This document shows positions 62,053 to 64,000 of a stretch of DNA of 64,000 nucleotides, in pieces. Made by a program: the position numbers and the translations under genes. The notes under the pieces are model-generated. The model was given only the letters and a program-made list of their open reading frames with translations, did not search any database and was not told where the DNA came from. Each line of letters opens with the position of its first letter. The first letter of the stretch is position 1. This DNA is from the human T2T-CHM13v2.0 reference genome, Homo sapiens, in NCBI RefSeq assembly GCF_009914755.1, contig NC_060925.1; one strand, 5' to 3'.

Positions 62053-63454
62053 TTCTTTTTTAAAAAAGATATTAATACATGTTTAACAACATTCATTTTA
62101 TCCTTTCCATTTTGGCATGGCACATGATCTTCATCTGGATTTATATTTTATGTGATAAATGATTTTTTAATTTAAGTTCAAGGGTACAAGTGCAAGTTTG
62201 TTACGTAGGTAAACTTGTGTGGTGGGGGTTTTTGTATAGATTATTTCATCACCCAGGTATTAAGCCTAGTATTCATTAGTTGTCTTTCTTGATTATCTCC
62301 CTCCTTCCACCCTCCGCCTCCACCCTCCAAAAGGCCCCAGTATGTTGTTTCCCTCTATGTGTCCTTGTGTTCTCATCATTTAGCTCCCACTTATAAGTGA
62401 GAACATGTGGTATTTGGTTTTCTGTTCTTGTGTTAGTTTAGTAAGGATAATGGCCTCCTGCTCCATCCATGTCCCTGCAAAGGACATAATCTCATTCTTT
62501 TTTATGACTGTATAGTATTCCATGGTGTATATGTACACCATGGAAAGAATGAGATAAAAAAGAATGAGATCCTATACACCATGAAATACCAATACTCTTT
62601 ATCCAGTCTATCACTGATGGGCATTTAGGTTCATTCCATGTGTTTGCTTTTGTGAATAGTGCTGCAGTGAACATATGCGTGCATGCGTCTTTATAACAGA
62701 ATGATTTATATTCCTCCGGGTATATACTCAGTAATGGGTTTGCTGAGTCAAATGGTATTTCTGTCTTTAGGTCTTTGAGGATTCACCACACTATCTTCTA
62801 CAATGGTGGAACTAATTTACACTCCCATCAACAGTGTATAAGCGTTCGTTTGTCTCCATAACCTCACCAGCATCTGTTATTTTTTGACTTTTTAATAACA
62901 GCCATTCTGACTGGTGTGAGATGGTATCTCATTGTGGTTTCAATTTGCATATCTCTAATGTAATGATCAGTGATGTTTAGCTTTTTTCCATATTATTTTT
63001 GGCCACATATATGTCTTCTTCTGGGAAGTAACTGTTCATGTTCTTTGCCCACTTTTTAATGAGGTTGTTTTTTTCTTATAAATTTGTTTAAGTTCTTTAT
63101 AGATGCTGGATATTAGACGTTTGTCAGATGCATAGTTTGCACAAATTTTCTCCCATTCTATAGGTTGTCTATTTAATCTGCTGATAGTTTGTTTTGCCGG
63201 GCAGAAGCTCTTTAGTTTAATTAGATCCCATTTGTTGATTTTTGCTTTTCTTGCAATTGTTTTTGGCATCTTTGTCATGAAATATTTACCTGTGCCTACA
63301 CCGCAAATGGTATTGCCTAGGTTATCTTCCAGGGTTTTTGCAGTTTTACGTTTTGCATTTAAGTCTTTAATCCATCTTGAGTTGATTTTTGTATGTGGTA
63401 TAAGGAAGGCATCCAGTATCAATCTTGTGCATATGGCTAGCCAGTTATCCCAGC
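62053..63454 (-). mobile_element. 5'-truncated L1PA10/11-type LINE with ~110 bp of extra 3' sequence
   Basis: 3'UTR GGTACAAGTGCAAGTTTGTTAC...ATTATTTCATCACCCAGGTATTAAGCCTAG; ORF2 C-terminal remnant 63036-63454; TSD CAAGATATTTC (62042-62052 / 63455-63465). Confidence 0.9.
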
Positions 63455-63707
63455 CAAGATATTTCACTAGTGAATTTTACCACACATTTTAGGAGAAATT
63501 AACTTCAAGTTCACAAAATCTCTTCCAGAAAAGAGAAGAGGAGGGAACACTTCCTGACTGATTTTATGAAGCTAATGTTATTACTCTAAAACAGACAGAT
63601 TGTACAGAAAAATAAAACTATAGACCATTATTTCTCACAAATGTACATGTAAACATTTTCAGTAAGAATCATAATGCAGAAATCCTCAACAAGAATCATA
63701 GAATTAG

Positions 63708-63990
<283 letters not shown>

Positions 63991-64000
63991 GAAGCATAGA

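Overview
Primate (human-like) AT-rich nuclear DNA dominated by transposable elements. It holds about 30 Alu-family copies (FAM, FLAM, AluJ, AluS, AluY), a full-length but dead L1PA5-type LINE on the minus strand (49226-55694), a near full-length L1MA3-type LINE (33485-40760, minus), further L1MA/L1PB/L1PA/L1ME and HAL1 pieces, MIR/L2 relics, MLT2A1 and MSTB solo LTRs, a probable Gypsy-type solo LTR, and MER5A/MER58A/MER2/MER44/Tigger2a/Charlie DNA transposons. Subfamily names come from recalled consensus sequences, not from a database search. I find no well-supported host coding exon, RNA gene or CRISPR array. The long ORFs in the track are L1 remnants, Alu read-through or microsatellite artefacts. 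Most long L1s and both firmly identified LTRs lie on the minus strand, which suggests a large intron of a plus-strand gene; I cannot name the host. I cannot support a new biological system. The most interesting signals are directly visible: (i) several locally templated insertions, including a 29-bp patch identical to one specific AluY copy 4 kb away and a ~330-bp copy of a chimeric junction; (ii) an orphan retrocopied 3' end inside an L1; (iii) a probable L1 3' transduction; (iv) an L1 antisense-promoter/ORF0 region pointing at a candidate downstream exon; (v) repeat-free, motif-rich blocks that look like enhancers.
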